From a virus: a DNA stretch of 64,000 nt. The notes below the pieces were generated by a model. The model was not told where the DNA came from and did no database searches. It worked only from the letters and a program-made list of their open reading frames with translations. Made by a program: the position numbers and the translations under genes. Below are positions 10,251 to 20,038 of the stretch, piece by piece. Where the stretch lies: positions 1-64,000 of IMG/VR virus record IMGVR_UViG_3300021959_000011; one strand, 5' to 3'. Every line of letters starts with the position of its first letter. Within the stretch, counting starts at the first letter, position 1.

Positions 10251-10288
10251 CGTGTCTTACTCCAAGGTTTTTATTTTTTATATACTGA

Positions 10289-10296
10289 TATTTATA
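10289..10296 (-). promoter_or_regulatory. T4-type late promoter TATAAATA
   Basis: Exact consensus in the intergenic gap upstream of 10250. Confidence 0.75.
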
Positions 10297-10313
10297 ATAT
10301 TTAGTTTCTATGT

Positions 10314-10697
10314 TTAAGTTACTAATGAAGTTCCGTCAAAAAATACGTCCACATAACCACTTATACTTTCTGACAGGTGTACCTTGAAAGAATTTGCATC
10401 TAATGTTTCTACATATGCGTAAAATTGGTCTCCATTGGAATCGAAAAGTTTTTCACTGAATTGTGTTGTGTTTTTATTATGAGTAATTACCCAACTCACC
10501 GAAGGAGTTGAAATATTATATCTTTCAAATTCTATAGTTAAATTTGTCAGACCCAAATTCACACGAGCTGTTGCTGCATCAGTGGCACCTGTACCACCAT
10601 GTGCCAAACCAACCGCTTCACTTGCAGTAAACTCGCCGAGGGCGTAAGAGTCACCCCCAGCGTCTGTAATTACTTTTAATGGTATAACATCAGTCAT
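10314..10697 (-). CDS. Small virion structural protein
   Basis: 127 aa; GGTGATDAATARVNLGL fibre motif plus WVITHNKN domain; N-terminus paralogous to the 1062-aa protein. Confidence 0.7.
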   Translation of the reverse strand: MTDVIPLKVITDAGGDSYALGEFTASEAVGLAHGGTGATDAATARVNLGLTNLTIEFERYNISTPSVSWVITHNKNTTQFSEKLFDSNGDQFYAYVETLDANSFKVHLSESISGYVDVFFDGTSLVT

Positions 10698-10715
10698 TAA
10701 CTAATGTCTCTCTTA

Positions 10716-13700
10716 TTATGATGAAAGGTAGGAATTATCAACACCCCACCCGTCAGTTAATAGTAGTACACGCATTCCATTTCCATAACTTTTTGTACTC
10801 ATCATACCTTTGTAAGTTCTAGTCTTATTGGTTAGTCCACTATCACTAAATCTATCACTAGATACTAGTGTATCTTGTCCTACAGAACCACCATCACAGA
10901 ATGCAATCAAATCAATCTCTTTTCCAGTGAATAGATATCTTTGCGAACCAATTCTGTTAGGAAATTGGATAACCAACTGACCATCATCATTCAAGGATAA
11001 TTGTTCTAATGGATTGATTACAGAGTGTGAATCGGTTTCATTAAGACCTGCAAAAACATGTCTATCCCATGGTTTTAATGTATCTTTTTCTCGTACAACA
11101 AACCTACGGAATCTACCCTGTCCTTCCATATCAAATGCAGCAAGTTCCTCTGCAATAACTGGATTAACATAAAAATCCGTAACATAATTTCCTGCTCGGT
11201 CATATAATCCTTGATATGCAACAGAACTTTGTCTCTTATCGATTTCTCTATCTGTAAAGTAAATACCATAATCTGACCAAAGAACTGGTGGTTCGGATGT
11301 TTGATATATGCAATGAACTGGTTGCGTATTAGATGTGAAATCAGGCTCTCCTGTAACAGAATCGACATGTCTTTGAACAACAACCCATGCATTATCATCT
11401 GATTCTGATGATGACGCCTGATCCCTCACTGCAAATGCTATTCCATGATCTGCAATAGTTAAGAAATAACTCATAGGATATGATGGTGCGACATCCGAAA
11501 ATTGTTTTCCACTTCTTCTAAAAAATCCTTTTTGAATACGCATATTACCAGTATTATATGGTGTATCATATATTAATTCTGTACTAGAACCAGTTAAATA
11601 TTGTTCTTCGTATCGATATTCTCCATCTTCAAGTAATCCTTTTGTAACAACCACAGGAGCGGCAGTAGTACCTCTAGTTTCATATGTGATATTTTTAACA
11701 CCTGAACCACTAGTATTATTGGCGAAAATATCCGCAAGTCCAGACGTATCAACCCCTTCTACCTGATCCATTGCAATACCAACCCTACCGGCACTAATAT
11801 TAATTTCTGATTCTACTGCATCATCCAATTGGGCCCTTAGTGTATATGGGTTTATTAAATGTACATTTGATTGTACATATCCACTATATTGTGGTCTTAA
11901 TGCACCAAGAAACCCTGGCTCTCTTATTCTTGCCGGTTTAGTTACATCTACACCTTGTGTTTCGGTAACATCACCATTACTTAGTAATTGATACTTTGTT
12001 GCAATATGTAATTGTAAATATTCAAATTGTCTATCAGATACTAAACGTGGGTCTACAGAATTATTTCCTAATTCGATATGAACCTCGTTAATATATGGTG
12101 ACGCATCTTTGATTTCATACCCTCTAGAAACATTAAGTCTAATTCTCCAAGCCTGATCTCCATCAGTTCCCGATAGTGGTGAACTATTAGATGTTTCTAA
12201 TACAATTGGACCCATTGAATAATCTCTTACGTATTCAAAAGAATCGATATCTAAATTAGAAGTGTTGTACTGGAAATCCGATGCCTTAGTTAATCCCAAA
12301 TCTAAACTACCATGTGTTTGATTTGGATGTCTATATCTCTTATCATAATCAAATGATATTTCTGGACCTGTTGGTCTTTCTGTTTTCACATCCGCCGAGG
12401 TATCACTCAATATTTGTTGATAATATGAGTATGTATAATTTGATGCTGAGCTGTTACCTTGAATTGCAGGGAAAACTTCCCAACCAATATTATTAACTGG
12501 ATTTGCAAAAGTGCCCATATCTCTTGATAATGGGAACGATAACCTAATATTACCAACATTAGATACTGCTGGTTCTTTTGTTGTTTGGAAATTAAAAGTT
12601 AATGGGTCACTTGTGACTAAAGTATTCTCAGTATAAGTCACCGAAGAACCGAACTTTGCCAAATCTGGAACATCTTCTGCAAACAACCCATCGGTTAGAA
12701 CAGTTGGACCATAATGTGCGTAAGGATTAACAAATTTAATACTACCTTGTTCGGTATTTGCGTCCATAGTGCCAGTGGATGGAAATAATCCACCAGTACC
12801 AAACCTAGTCGCGTCAGTTGCAAAAGTGGTTGAAATATTTGCCGCAACGGAATTTTCTATCCATGCAAAGAAGTTTTTACGTGTGGATAGATTGCTGCTA
12901 GTTAGGTTTGCCATAGTCCACCAATCGTGGTTAAATGTAGCAAAAGTGCCAGCGGTGAATCTACCAGCGGTGACCGCAGTTTGATATGCGACAGACTTAG
13001 CATTAAATAACCCCCACCCCTTATCATCGGTGGCAGTACGTTTTTTTGATCTTCTTAAATATGCACTAGAATCTTCTGCATATTCTACGTCGATATAATT
13101 TGTACCAGTTTTTACAAACATATATTGCGAAATATATGGATCTAGTTTCATCTCATTAGCCATAGCAGTTGTTAATGCTAATGCAGTCATAGGAACCTTT
13201 GCTGTGAAAGTTATTGAAAGTTCAATTGGATCAGCAGTCCAAGGTTTTTCGGCAGATTCATCAACCAAATTGGTTAACTTAACCTCGAATGTATCGCCAG
13301 GGTCTGCACCATCAAACCCACTAATAGTATGTTTGTGTACATAACCCTCCATATAGTGGGTTTTGCCACCAACACTGACAGGAGATCTGAACTGGCTCGA
13401 TTGCCCGAAATCTTCATACCACCTCCAGCCGGCGGTGTTAAGTCCAAGTTGATCGGTATTTAAATTTCTATAATTCATTTTAAATCCAGAATTATAGGTT
13501 ACAGTACCGTGTTGGGCGATTTTAGGCTCGGTGATGCCAGAGAAACTTTGGTTTGAACCAGATGGAAATCCAACAGTTGGTGTAGCTCCATACTGTTTTA
13601 CGTAAGGAATTCTGTTTACCGTCATAGTTTGTTCGACAGAATTCTGGTTTGCATAACCTTCCATAATACCAATTCTTGATGGGTCTACACTAAGAGTCAA

Positions 13701-14756
13701 ATAACCAGATAATGGATTTGCAATTGCAGAATTAACAAAACTATTATAAACCTTTTCTAGAAAAGGTTCGACTTCATCACTATCAACCGTAACCGAATCT
13801 AGTGTTGTAATTGAAGCAGAAGTTTTTTGACTTGTACTTGTCAATGTAAACTCGTAAGTGTCTCCATACTGTAATATGCCAGGCTCAGAACTTAACCCAA
13901 TAAAACCTTCCCATTTTGCAGGTTCGGTAACATCGGCTGGGAAAAATTGTTCATCTTTGTATGTTGTAAACCAAAAATGGTGATTAATAACACCACTAGG
14001 TTCTAGTTCTTCTACATAATTTCTTAAATTTCCTTTTGAATCAATGCCACTTGCAACGTCTGGATAAGCAACGACATATCTTGCACTAGTAGTAATAAGT
14101 CTTTTAATTTTTGCAAATTCGTTTCTATAAACTCTTTCTGATATAAAACTTAATCCAAAATAACCTGTCTGTTCATCGGCCTTCTTCTTTCTAGTAGGTA
14201 CATTTGGTAATACTTTCAACCAATTACCGTCTGCATCCTGATTCTGTGGGTTTGGGTTTAAATATGCAAATAACTCGGCGTTTGGTCCTAAGAACTTATC
14301 AAAATATGTTGCATCTTCGCCAGGATACTGTGTTTTAAAAGTGGCGGATTTGGAGCCAGGCAACGATGTTGAAAGATAATCTGCCCAGTGATCGTTGCCA
14401 AATCCAGTATAAGGATCGTCTTGGATTTGTTTAATTTTTAAATCATTATTATCCATTTTCCATTCTGTAAAAGTTCCGTCATATCCTTCTGACGTAACAT
14501 TTCTTAATCCGTGAGCCCCTTCATTAATAATATTTGTATTGGAATCATAATAGTACACAATAATATTATCAATATATCTGGTTAGAGCTGCATCACTAAC
14601 TGTAATTTTTACGACTTCTGGGCCAACATCTATAAAACCATTGTCCATTAAATCTTCTGCTAATTGTGTAATTAATGGTTTATCTGGTTCTCTTCTTCGG
14701 TTCCAACGATACCCATCTAATTGAAAAATATCATTTCTTTGAATAGCTCTACTCAT
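10716..14756 (-). CDS. Large virion structural protein, KPWD/GNGMR paralog family member 1
   Basis: 1346 aa; motifs QAWRIRL, IATKYQLL, REPG, YPMSYFLTIADHG, AWVVVQRHVD, PVHCIY, RFVVREKDTLKPWD, INPLEQL, YGNGMRV. Confidence 0.75.
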   Translation of the reverse strand: MSRAIQRNDIFQLDGYRWNRRREPDKPLITQLAEDLMDNGFIDVGPEVVKITVSDAALTRYIDNIIVYYYDSNTNIINEGAHGLRNVTSEGYDGTFTEWKMDNNDLKIKQIQDDPYTGFGNDHWADYLSTSLPGSKSATFKTQYPGEDATYFDKFLGPNAELFAYLNPNPQNQDADGNWLKVLPNVPTRKKKADEQTGYFGLSFISERVYRNEFAKIKRLITTSARYVVAYPDVASGIDSKGNLRNYVEELEPSGVINHHFWFTTYKDEQFFPADVTEPAKWEGFIGLSSEPGILQYGDTYEFTLTSTSQKTSASITTLDSVTVDSDEVEPFLEKVYNSFVNSAIANPLSGYLTLSVDPSRIGIMEGYANQNSVEQTMTVNRIPYVKQYGATPTVGFPSGSNQSFSGITEPKIAQHGTVTYNSGFKMNYRNLNTDQLGLNTAGWRWYEDFGQSSQFRSPVSVGGKTHYMEGYVHKHTISGFDGADPGDTFEVKLTNLVDESAEKPWTADPIELSITFTAKVPMTALALTTAMANEMKLDPYISQYMFVKTGTNYIDVEYAEDSSAYLRRSKKRTATDDKGWGLFNAKSVAYQTAVTAGRFTAGTFATFNHDWWTMANLTSSNLSTRKNFFAWIENSVAANISTTFATDATRFGTGGLFPSTGTMDANTEQGSIKFVNPYAHYGPTVLTDGLFAEDVPDLAKFGSSVTYTENTLVTSDPLTFNFQTTKEPAVSNVGNIRLSFPLSRDMGTFANPVNNIGWEVFPAIQGNSSASNYTYSYYQQILSDTSADVKTERPTGPEISFDYDKRYRHPNQTHGSLDLGLTKASDFQYNTSNLDIDSFEYVRDYSMGPIVLETSNSSPLSGTDGDQAWRIRLNVSRGYEIKDASPYINEVHIELGNNSVDPRLVSDRQFEYLQLHIATKYQLLSNGDVTETQGVDVTKPARIREPGFLGALRPQYSGYVQSNVHLINPYTLRAQLDDAVESEINISAGRVGIAMDQVEGVDTSGLADIFANNTSGSGVKNITYETRGTTAAPVVVTKGLLEDGEYRYEEQYLTGSSTELIYDTPYNTGNMRIQKGFFRRSGKQFSDVAPSYPMSYFLTIADHGIAFAVRDQASSSESDDNAWVVVQRHVDSVTGEPDFTSNTQPVHCIYQTSEPPVLWSDYGIYFTDREIDKRQSSVAYQGLYDRAGNYVTDFYVNPVIAEELAAFDMEGQGRFRRFVVREKDTLKPWDRHVFAGLNETDSHSVINPLEQLSLNDDGQLVIQFPNRIGSQRYLFTGKEIDLIAFCDGGSVGQDTLVSSDRFSDSGLTNKTRTYKGMMSTKSYGNGMRVLLLTDGWGVDNSYLSS

Positions 14757-14809
14757 TCGTGAACTCCTTAATGCATAAAGTTTTATTAACTAACTTGTTT
14801 TGTTTCTAT

Positions 14810-14817
14810 TATTTATA
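14810..14817 (-). promoter_or_regulatory. T4-type late promoter TATAAATA
   Basis: Exact consensus in the intergenic gap upstream of 14756 (AAGGAG RBS follows). Confidence 0.75.
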
Positions 14818-14833
14818 AAAATAAAAATCCTTA

Positions 14834-15778
14834 TTATGTAACCATATCTATATTATCTTGTGTACCATCTGAAAAGAAAAATCTAACATAGGAAGATAAT
14901 ACTTCTGAACCGTCAAATGTTGCAATCAAGTTTAAATCATCTCTTGTACCATCTGAATATTGAAAATGTAAAAATGCGCCGGATGTGCCTGATGCTATTT
15001 GTTGAGGTTCGAATCTTTCTGTTACACTATTATATACAATACCAACTTGTTGTTGACTTTGTACCAAACTATTTATTTGCGATTCAGTATGTCCACCATA
15101 ACTAAAATTTGCCAAGGAATATTGCACACTATTTATAGTTGCTCTATTTCTGTCTACGTCTTGTATTAAATCATCTAAATCTGTGTTTACTCTATCTTCT
15201 AATTCTAATAACTGATTTGAAAGAGAATCAAGTTCAATTTGTGTCTGTCCACCAGACGTACCAAATGTTCCTATATATCTTGCACCAGAAATATAAATTT
15301 TATTTCCAGAAATTCCAGATGGTAGATTATTACCAATAAAATGTAAAATGCCAGATTGATAATCAAAAAACCATTCATCATCATTTCCAGAACCTGCTGC
15401 AAATATTTGATTGCCGGATGTTGGATTTGTAGAACTTGCAGAATCTATATAAACTTTTACTTGATATGTACTACCAAATTCTGGTGGTATCCAATCTGTT
15501 AAATTTGTTTTCCAAGTACGATTTGATGTAGACGTTAAATCCATATCACACTCAACCGTATTTGAATTTAAATATAATTCAACATATGTACTATTTACGG
15601 TTGGAATAATTGCAGGAATTTCTTGAGATTCTGACCAAAGTCTATCTCCACGTAATAATAATGGACTTGGGATAGCTTCGTTAGTTGCGCCCTTTATAGA
15701 ATTTAAGTCTGTCTTGGATGCACCATAACCTAATTTTTTCCAAAGAAAGTCTAATTTTTGATTATCGGGTATTGACAT
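14834..15778 (-). CDS. Putative virion structural protein
   Basis: 314-aa ORF in the fibre cluster; globular N-terminal domain, short coiled coil, duplicated C-terminal SDGTxD motif. Confidence 0.65.
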   Translation of the reverse strand: MSIPDNQKLDFLWKKLGYGASKTDLNSIKGATNEAIPSPLLLRGDRLWSESQEIPAIIPTVNSTYVELYLNSNTVECDMDLTSTSNRTWKTNLTDWIPPEFGSTYQVKVYIDSASSTNPTSGNQIFAAGSGNDDEWFFDYQSGILHFIGNNLPSGISGNKIYISGARYIGTFGTSGGQTQIELDSLSNQLLELEDRVNTDLDDLIQDVDRNRATINSVQYSLANFSYGGHTESQINSLVQSQQQVGIVYNSVTERFEPQQIASGTSGAFLHFQYSDGTRDDLNLIATFDGSEVLSSYVRFFFSDGTQDNIDMVT

Positions 15779-15787
15779 TTACTTATC

Positions 15788-18700
15788 CTATGTTATACTA
15801 ATAGAGTTAACTGATTGTCCAGAGTTTAATGCAATTCTAACCAATGCAACATTATTAGTTGCGTTAGTCAAATTTTCTGTACCTAAAGTCATAGTATAAG
15901 AACCACTCAATGAAGTATTCGATTGTATTCTATCTCCACCAGTTGACGCACAACCATTACTACCATTACCACCACCTGATGTACTTTCGCCTGGCACACC
16001 AGCGCCAGCATATTGTACACTACAATCCAACCAACCATTTAAACTACTTGCAGTGTCAATTGTAGTGCCCGGCGCTGCAATCCAAACACCAGAAACACCA
16101 CTACTACTTATATTAATATTAAAGTTTGCAGTGATAGTTCTCCTAAACGCAAAAGTAAAATATTGAACACCCGAATCACCACTTCGATCTGGGCCAACTG
16201 GTAAAAATCCACTATAATCATCCAGACTATGTTTCAATACACCAAGTCGAACTGTTGCCTCTTGTGTACCAGATACGCCTGGGTCTGAACTTTCAGAGTA
16301 AAGATTGTTTGTATAAAAATTGATCGTATTATTATATGTAGGAGTATCAGTAATCTCTGATGCAAAATCAAAAATTCTTTTTCCACTATCGTTATAACCA
16401 GACCCTAAACTTGAACTTACAGGAATAGAAAGCTCACTAATACCAGATTGTGATGATGTGTGGACTGCAATTTTTTGATTATTATTTACATAACTACCTG
16501 TACCATTTACGTTGTATGCAACTGCACGTATAGATTCAATTGTTCTAACTCCAGAATTTGTTATATCAATTTCTAAATCCCCAATTGCATATGGAGTACC
16601 AACACCAGTATTTACTAATGGATATCCACTTTGCAACATGGTTGTTGTGCCATCTATTGCAGAATAATTAAAACTCTTGTTATTAATAGATTGACTTGAC
16701 GTGCCTTCATAATTGTTACTGCCAGTCACATATAGCACTTGTGATGTATTTCTGTATGTTTGACCGACCAAATTAGATACCGAAATATCACTCCAAGTTA
16801 ATTTAGAATTGTATGTATAATAAGGAATTCCACTTATATATTTGTAAAATCCAGTTTTTTCTGAAATAGTTCCAGCAGTCAGAGTTGGAGTAGACGTTAG
16901 ATTATCTTTAACAAACTCTATTGAGTTAGTGTTTCCTGTTCCACTGTGCGAAAGTTGATATCTATTTACTCCTACAGGCACTGCAGCTGCAGATTTTTGA
17001 ATTTTTGCCTTAAATCCTTTATATAAATTTGGATAATATATACTATTATTAAAATTACTGTAACTACCACTAGAGTTTAATCCATTATAATCACTTTCAC
17101 TATCAATTTTTAGACTAGTATATGTGCCACTATTATTATTAGAATCCAATACTTTATTTCCGTTGTCTACGCCGTTAACGAGTGCAGTTAATGTACCACT
17201 ATCCGCATTATATGCAAATGATGATATTGAAGTTGATGAAATATTTCCACTTGTAGATGTTGTTCTTTGTACAGAAGAACCTATACTATAAGTAGTACCT
17301 GTTGTATTGTCAGTGAAACCACTCGCAAGTAGTGGGGAAGATCCAGTATTACCACTAAATGAAATACTTTTAGAACTTAGTCCTTGCGGCGCAGATGGAT
17401 TAATATCATATACCTTTAATGACTTTGTTGTTTGTTTTGGAATTACATTAGGGTTTGCTGTACTGTGACTTGAAAGAGTTAATCTTAAAGTGTCTCGCCC
17501 AGAGCCAGTGTGTGTACCAAATCCCCAAGTATGTTGTAATCTATTACCAGTTACCCCACCATCTGCATTATCTGAAGTGATATTTTCAACTGCAGTACCA
17601 TCGCCCCAATCCATTGTATATTCTACATCTGCCATAGTAGTCTGGGTTGATATATTTTCTAAGTATAAACTGTCGCCTTCGATTACATATAAATTATTAC
17701 CAGACAGTTCAGACCCCCCTGTTGCATTTCTATAAAGTCTAAACGCGGCCGCTGGATCTGTTGTATAGATAATAATATAATCTTCTATTGTTGATGAAGC
17801 TTCACTACCAGCACCAGAACCACTTGAATTATATGCACGAACAGTTACTGTATATGGACTATTTGCATTTGATGTATATGTGTGACTTGGAGTAGAGTCT
17901 GTGGTGTTATTTGTATTAGACCCATCCCCCCAATCAATATCATATCTATTTGCAGTACCATCAACTGTCAAATTTAATGTGACATATGTACCTTGTCCAC
18001 CGAAAGTGGGATTTGCAGAAAATGAAACTGACTTAACATATACACCTTTTCTTATGTTGTCAAGAGCTTCATTTAAATCATCAATCACATCCGCAGTTTT
18101 TCTATCAGATTCGATTACCAATGCACCATCACTAAAACTGCCATCAGATGCATTTCCAACGTCTAAATCTGCTGCCGTTTTGGTCTGAAATGCCGCTTCA
18201 AAATCCGAACTATTAAATGATGCGCCAGGAATCCATTTTGAAGTTGTTGGATCCCAAATAATTGCATCACCTTGTATTGGTGCATTAGTTGTTAAATCCA
18301 CATTATCAAAATTAGTTATATCTTGTTTGAATGTTGTAAAATCTGTATCTAATTGATTAAAGTCTAAAACATGATTATCAAAATCATTTCTAAAATCTAA
18401 AGTGTCTCCTAAAGAATCTGCAATCTCTTTCAGTGTGTCAAGTTCTGGAATTACTCCATCAAGTAATTGATCAAATCTTTGTTTGATTAAATATCTAACA
18501 GAACCACTTGTTTGATCGTCATCTTCGAGAATATCTAATCTATCTTCAATATCATCTACATCTACTGTAAGAGTTGCAGTTTTTGTAGGCCCATCATATG
18601 AATATACAATTCTTCCAGTAAATATAAATTTTTCTACTTCGGTTTCATCTACAAATACTCCAGAATTATCAGTACCAGAAACTAATTGAGATTGTCCAAT

Positions 18701-18976
18701 CTGTAACCAAGCATTTTGATGTGAGTAGTATAACTTTCCATCTGCACTGTTTTTTGCAAGTTTTCCAGATTCTGGTAAAGTATCAAAATCACTAAAAGTG
18801 GGAAATTCTCTATAATGTATTAATTGTAAATTACTACGTGCTGTCGCAGAATTGGATGCGCCAGTACCACCCATATCAATGCCAATAAGATCTTGATCAG
18901 TAAATTCACCAAGAATTACTTCTCCATCATTTTGGAATATTGCCTTGATAGGTCTTACTGTATCGAATGCCACCAT
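15788..18976 (-). CDS. PKD-domain-containing virion structural/adhesin protein
   Basis: 1062 aa; two PKD signatures (YDIDWGDG...HTY, YTMDWGDG...HTW), ELDTLKEIADSLG fibre motif, Ser/Gly/Thr-rich beta C-terminus. Confidence 0.75.
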   Translation of the reverse strand: MVAFDTVRPIKAIFQNDGEVILGEFTDQDLIGIDMGGTGASNSATARSNLQLIHYREFPTFSDFDTLPESGKLAKNSADGKLYYSHQNAWLQIGQSQLVSGTDNSGVFVDETEVEKFIFTGRIVYSYDGPTKTATLTVDVDDIEDRLDILEDDDQTSGSVRYLIKQRFDQLLDGVIPELDTLKEIADSLGDTLDFRNDFDNHVLDFNQLDTDFTTFKQDITNFDNVDLTTNAPIQGDAIIWDPTTSKWIPGASFNSSDFEAAFQTKTAADLDVGNASDGSFSDGALVIESDRKTADVIDDLNEALDNIRKGVYVKSVSFSANPTFGGQGTYVTLNLTVDGTANRYDIDWGDGSNTNNTTDSTPSHTYTSNANSPYTVTVRAYNSSGSGAGSEASSTIEDYIIIYTTDPAAAFRLYRNATGGSELSGNNLYVIEGDSLYLENISTQTTMADVEYTMDWGDGTAVENITSDNADGGVTGNRLQHTWGFGTHTGSGRDTLRLTLSSHSTANPNVIPKQTTKSLKVYDINPSAPQGLSSKSISFSGNTGSSPLLASGFTDNTTGTTYSIGSSVQRTTSTSGNISSTSISSFAYNADSGTLTALVNGVDNGNKVLDSNNNSGTYTSLKIDSESDYNGLNSSGSYSNFNNSIYYPNLYKGFKAKIQKSAAAVPVGVNRYQLSHSGTGNTNSIEFVKDNLTSTPTLTAGTISEKTGFYKYISGIPYYTYNSKLTWSDISVSNLVGQTYRNTSQVLYVTGSNNYEGTSSQSINNKSFNYSAIDGTTTMLQSGYPLVNTGVGTPYAIGDLEIDITNSGVRTIESIRAVAYNVNGTGSYVNNNQKIAVHTSSQSGISELSIPVSSSLGSGYNDSGKRIFDFASEITDTPTYNNTINFYTNNLYSESSDPGVSGTQEATVRLGVLKHSLDDYSGFLPVGPDRSGDSGVQYFTFAFRRTITANFNINISSSGVSGVWIAAPGTTIDTASSLNGWLDCSVQYAGAGVPGESTSGGGNGSNGCASTGGDRIQSNTSLSGSYTMTLGTENLTNATNNVALVRIALNSGQSVNSISIT

Positions 18977-18991
18977 GCGCTCCTTTATAAC

Positions 18992-18999
18992 TATTTATG
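18992..18999 (-). promoter_or_regulatory. Late promoter variant CATAAATA
   Basis: Overlaps the PAAR gene stop; followed by AAGGAG RBS and the 18976 start. Confidence 0.6.
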
Positions 19000-20038
19000 T
19001 AACTTGACCACCAACCCCAGAGGACTTTGGTGCATTTACTTGTCCTACTTGCGGCGCAAGAGTTTTTCCATCTTCACAAGATACTGCACGTCGAATGGTT
19101 AACACACCTCTAGACCCACTATTTCTCTTATATGTTCTTACAGATAAAGTGTTACCCTGATTTCCACCTATCATATCAACTGTATTATTTGTATAATTTC
19201 CTGTCGCAAACCCAACATGTCCACTACCAGAACTCCTACCATTTCTAAACATTACAACTATATCGCCAGGCTGCATTTCATTCCATGGTATTTCTTTACC
19301 ATATGATTCGTAACCACGGGCCATTGCAGTTTTATGATATTTGTTACCACTTCTTTTAAGGGTTGCTCCTACAAAGACCGCACACCAAGCAGTTTCATCT
19401 GCATATTGATTTCCTTGATATCCAATTTCATCCCATAATGCAGTAATGTTTGGGTTATTGCCAGTTTCTTTCCATGCACTATTTCCCATAGATAATGCCT
19501 TTTGTGCGACCTCATAGGGGTTTCTTTGGGGCATTTCCCCACACATTCCACTAGACAATTCTTCATATTCTGGTTTCTCGCCATTTGTAGATTCTATTTG
19601 TTCTGAGTTGTTAATAGGATTTGCATTTGCAGAATCATCCACTGTTTGTATATTACTAGGATATAATGCTGGCGCATCTCTTAATTTAGGGGCAGGGAAT
19701 GGTGTAAATTCTGGAAATGTGAACTCTGGGGGGGTGAAAGATTCTCCACTATCTCCAGCAAATACATTACCACTCCCTTGGGCAATAGCAGAACCACACG
19801 CAACAGGGTCACCTATTCGCGCAACTGCCTTGCCGTTTGCATATACGGTTGCAGACCCAGCTGCAGTAGACGAACCATGTGGTGGTACATTTGGGCATCC
19901 ATGTGGTGTCCAACCATCACCTTTTCTATGGGTGGGTTTACTATTTGTTTTTACATTACCACTGCCACCATTATTCGCTCTTGGTGGGAAACATCCATGT
20001 CCTGTGCAGTTGTCATCTTTTCTAGTTACAGCTGGCAT
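18995..20038 (-). CDS. gp5.4: PAAR spike-tip protein (gp5.4-like) fused to a TIGR02594/NlpC-P60-like peptidoglycan hydrolase
   Basis: N-terminal ~95 aa PAAR (PAVTRKDDxCTGHGC, KPTHRKGD, AVARIGDPVACG, GSGNVFAG); Pro-rich linker; C-terminal DETAWCAVFV...PGDIVV...GHVGF...GGNQGN. Confidence 0.85.
   Translation of the reverse strand: MPAVTRKDDNCTGHGCFPPRANNGGSGNVKTNSKPTHRKGDGWTPHGCPNVPPHGSSTAAGSATVYANGKAVARIGDPVACGSAIAQGSGNVFAGDSGESFTPPEFTFPEFTPFPAPKLRDAPALYPSNIQTVDDSANANPINNSEQIESTNGEKPEYEELSSGMCGEMPQRNPYEVAQKALSMGNSAWKETGNNPNITALWDEIGYQGNQYADETAWCAVFVGATLKRSGNKYHKTAMARGYESYGKEIPWNEMQPGDIVVMFRNGRSSGSGHVGFATGNYTNNTVDMIGGNQGNTLSVRTYKRNSGSRGVLTIRRAVSCEDGKTLAPQVGQVNAPKSSGVGGQVT

Noticed and set aside
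6321-15137. Intragenic TATAAATA matches at 6321-6332 and 15130-15137
   Set aside because: Expected by chance in AT-rich coding DNA; the 6321 site could drive the MADSNL genes but this cannot be supported from sequence alone
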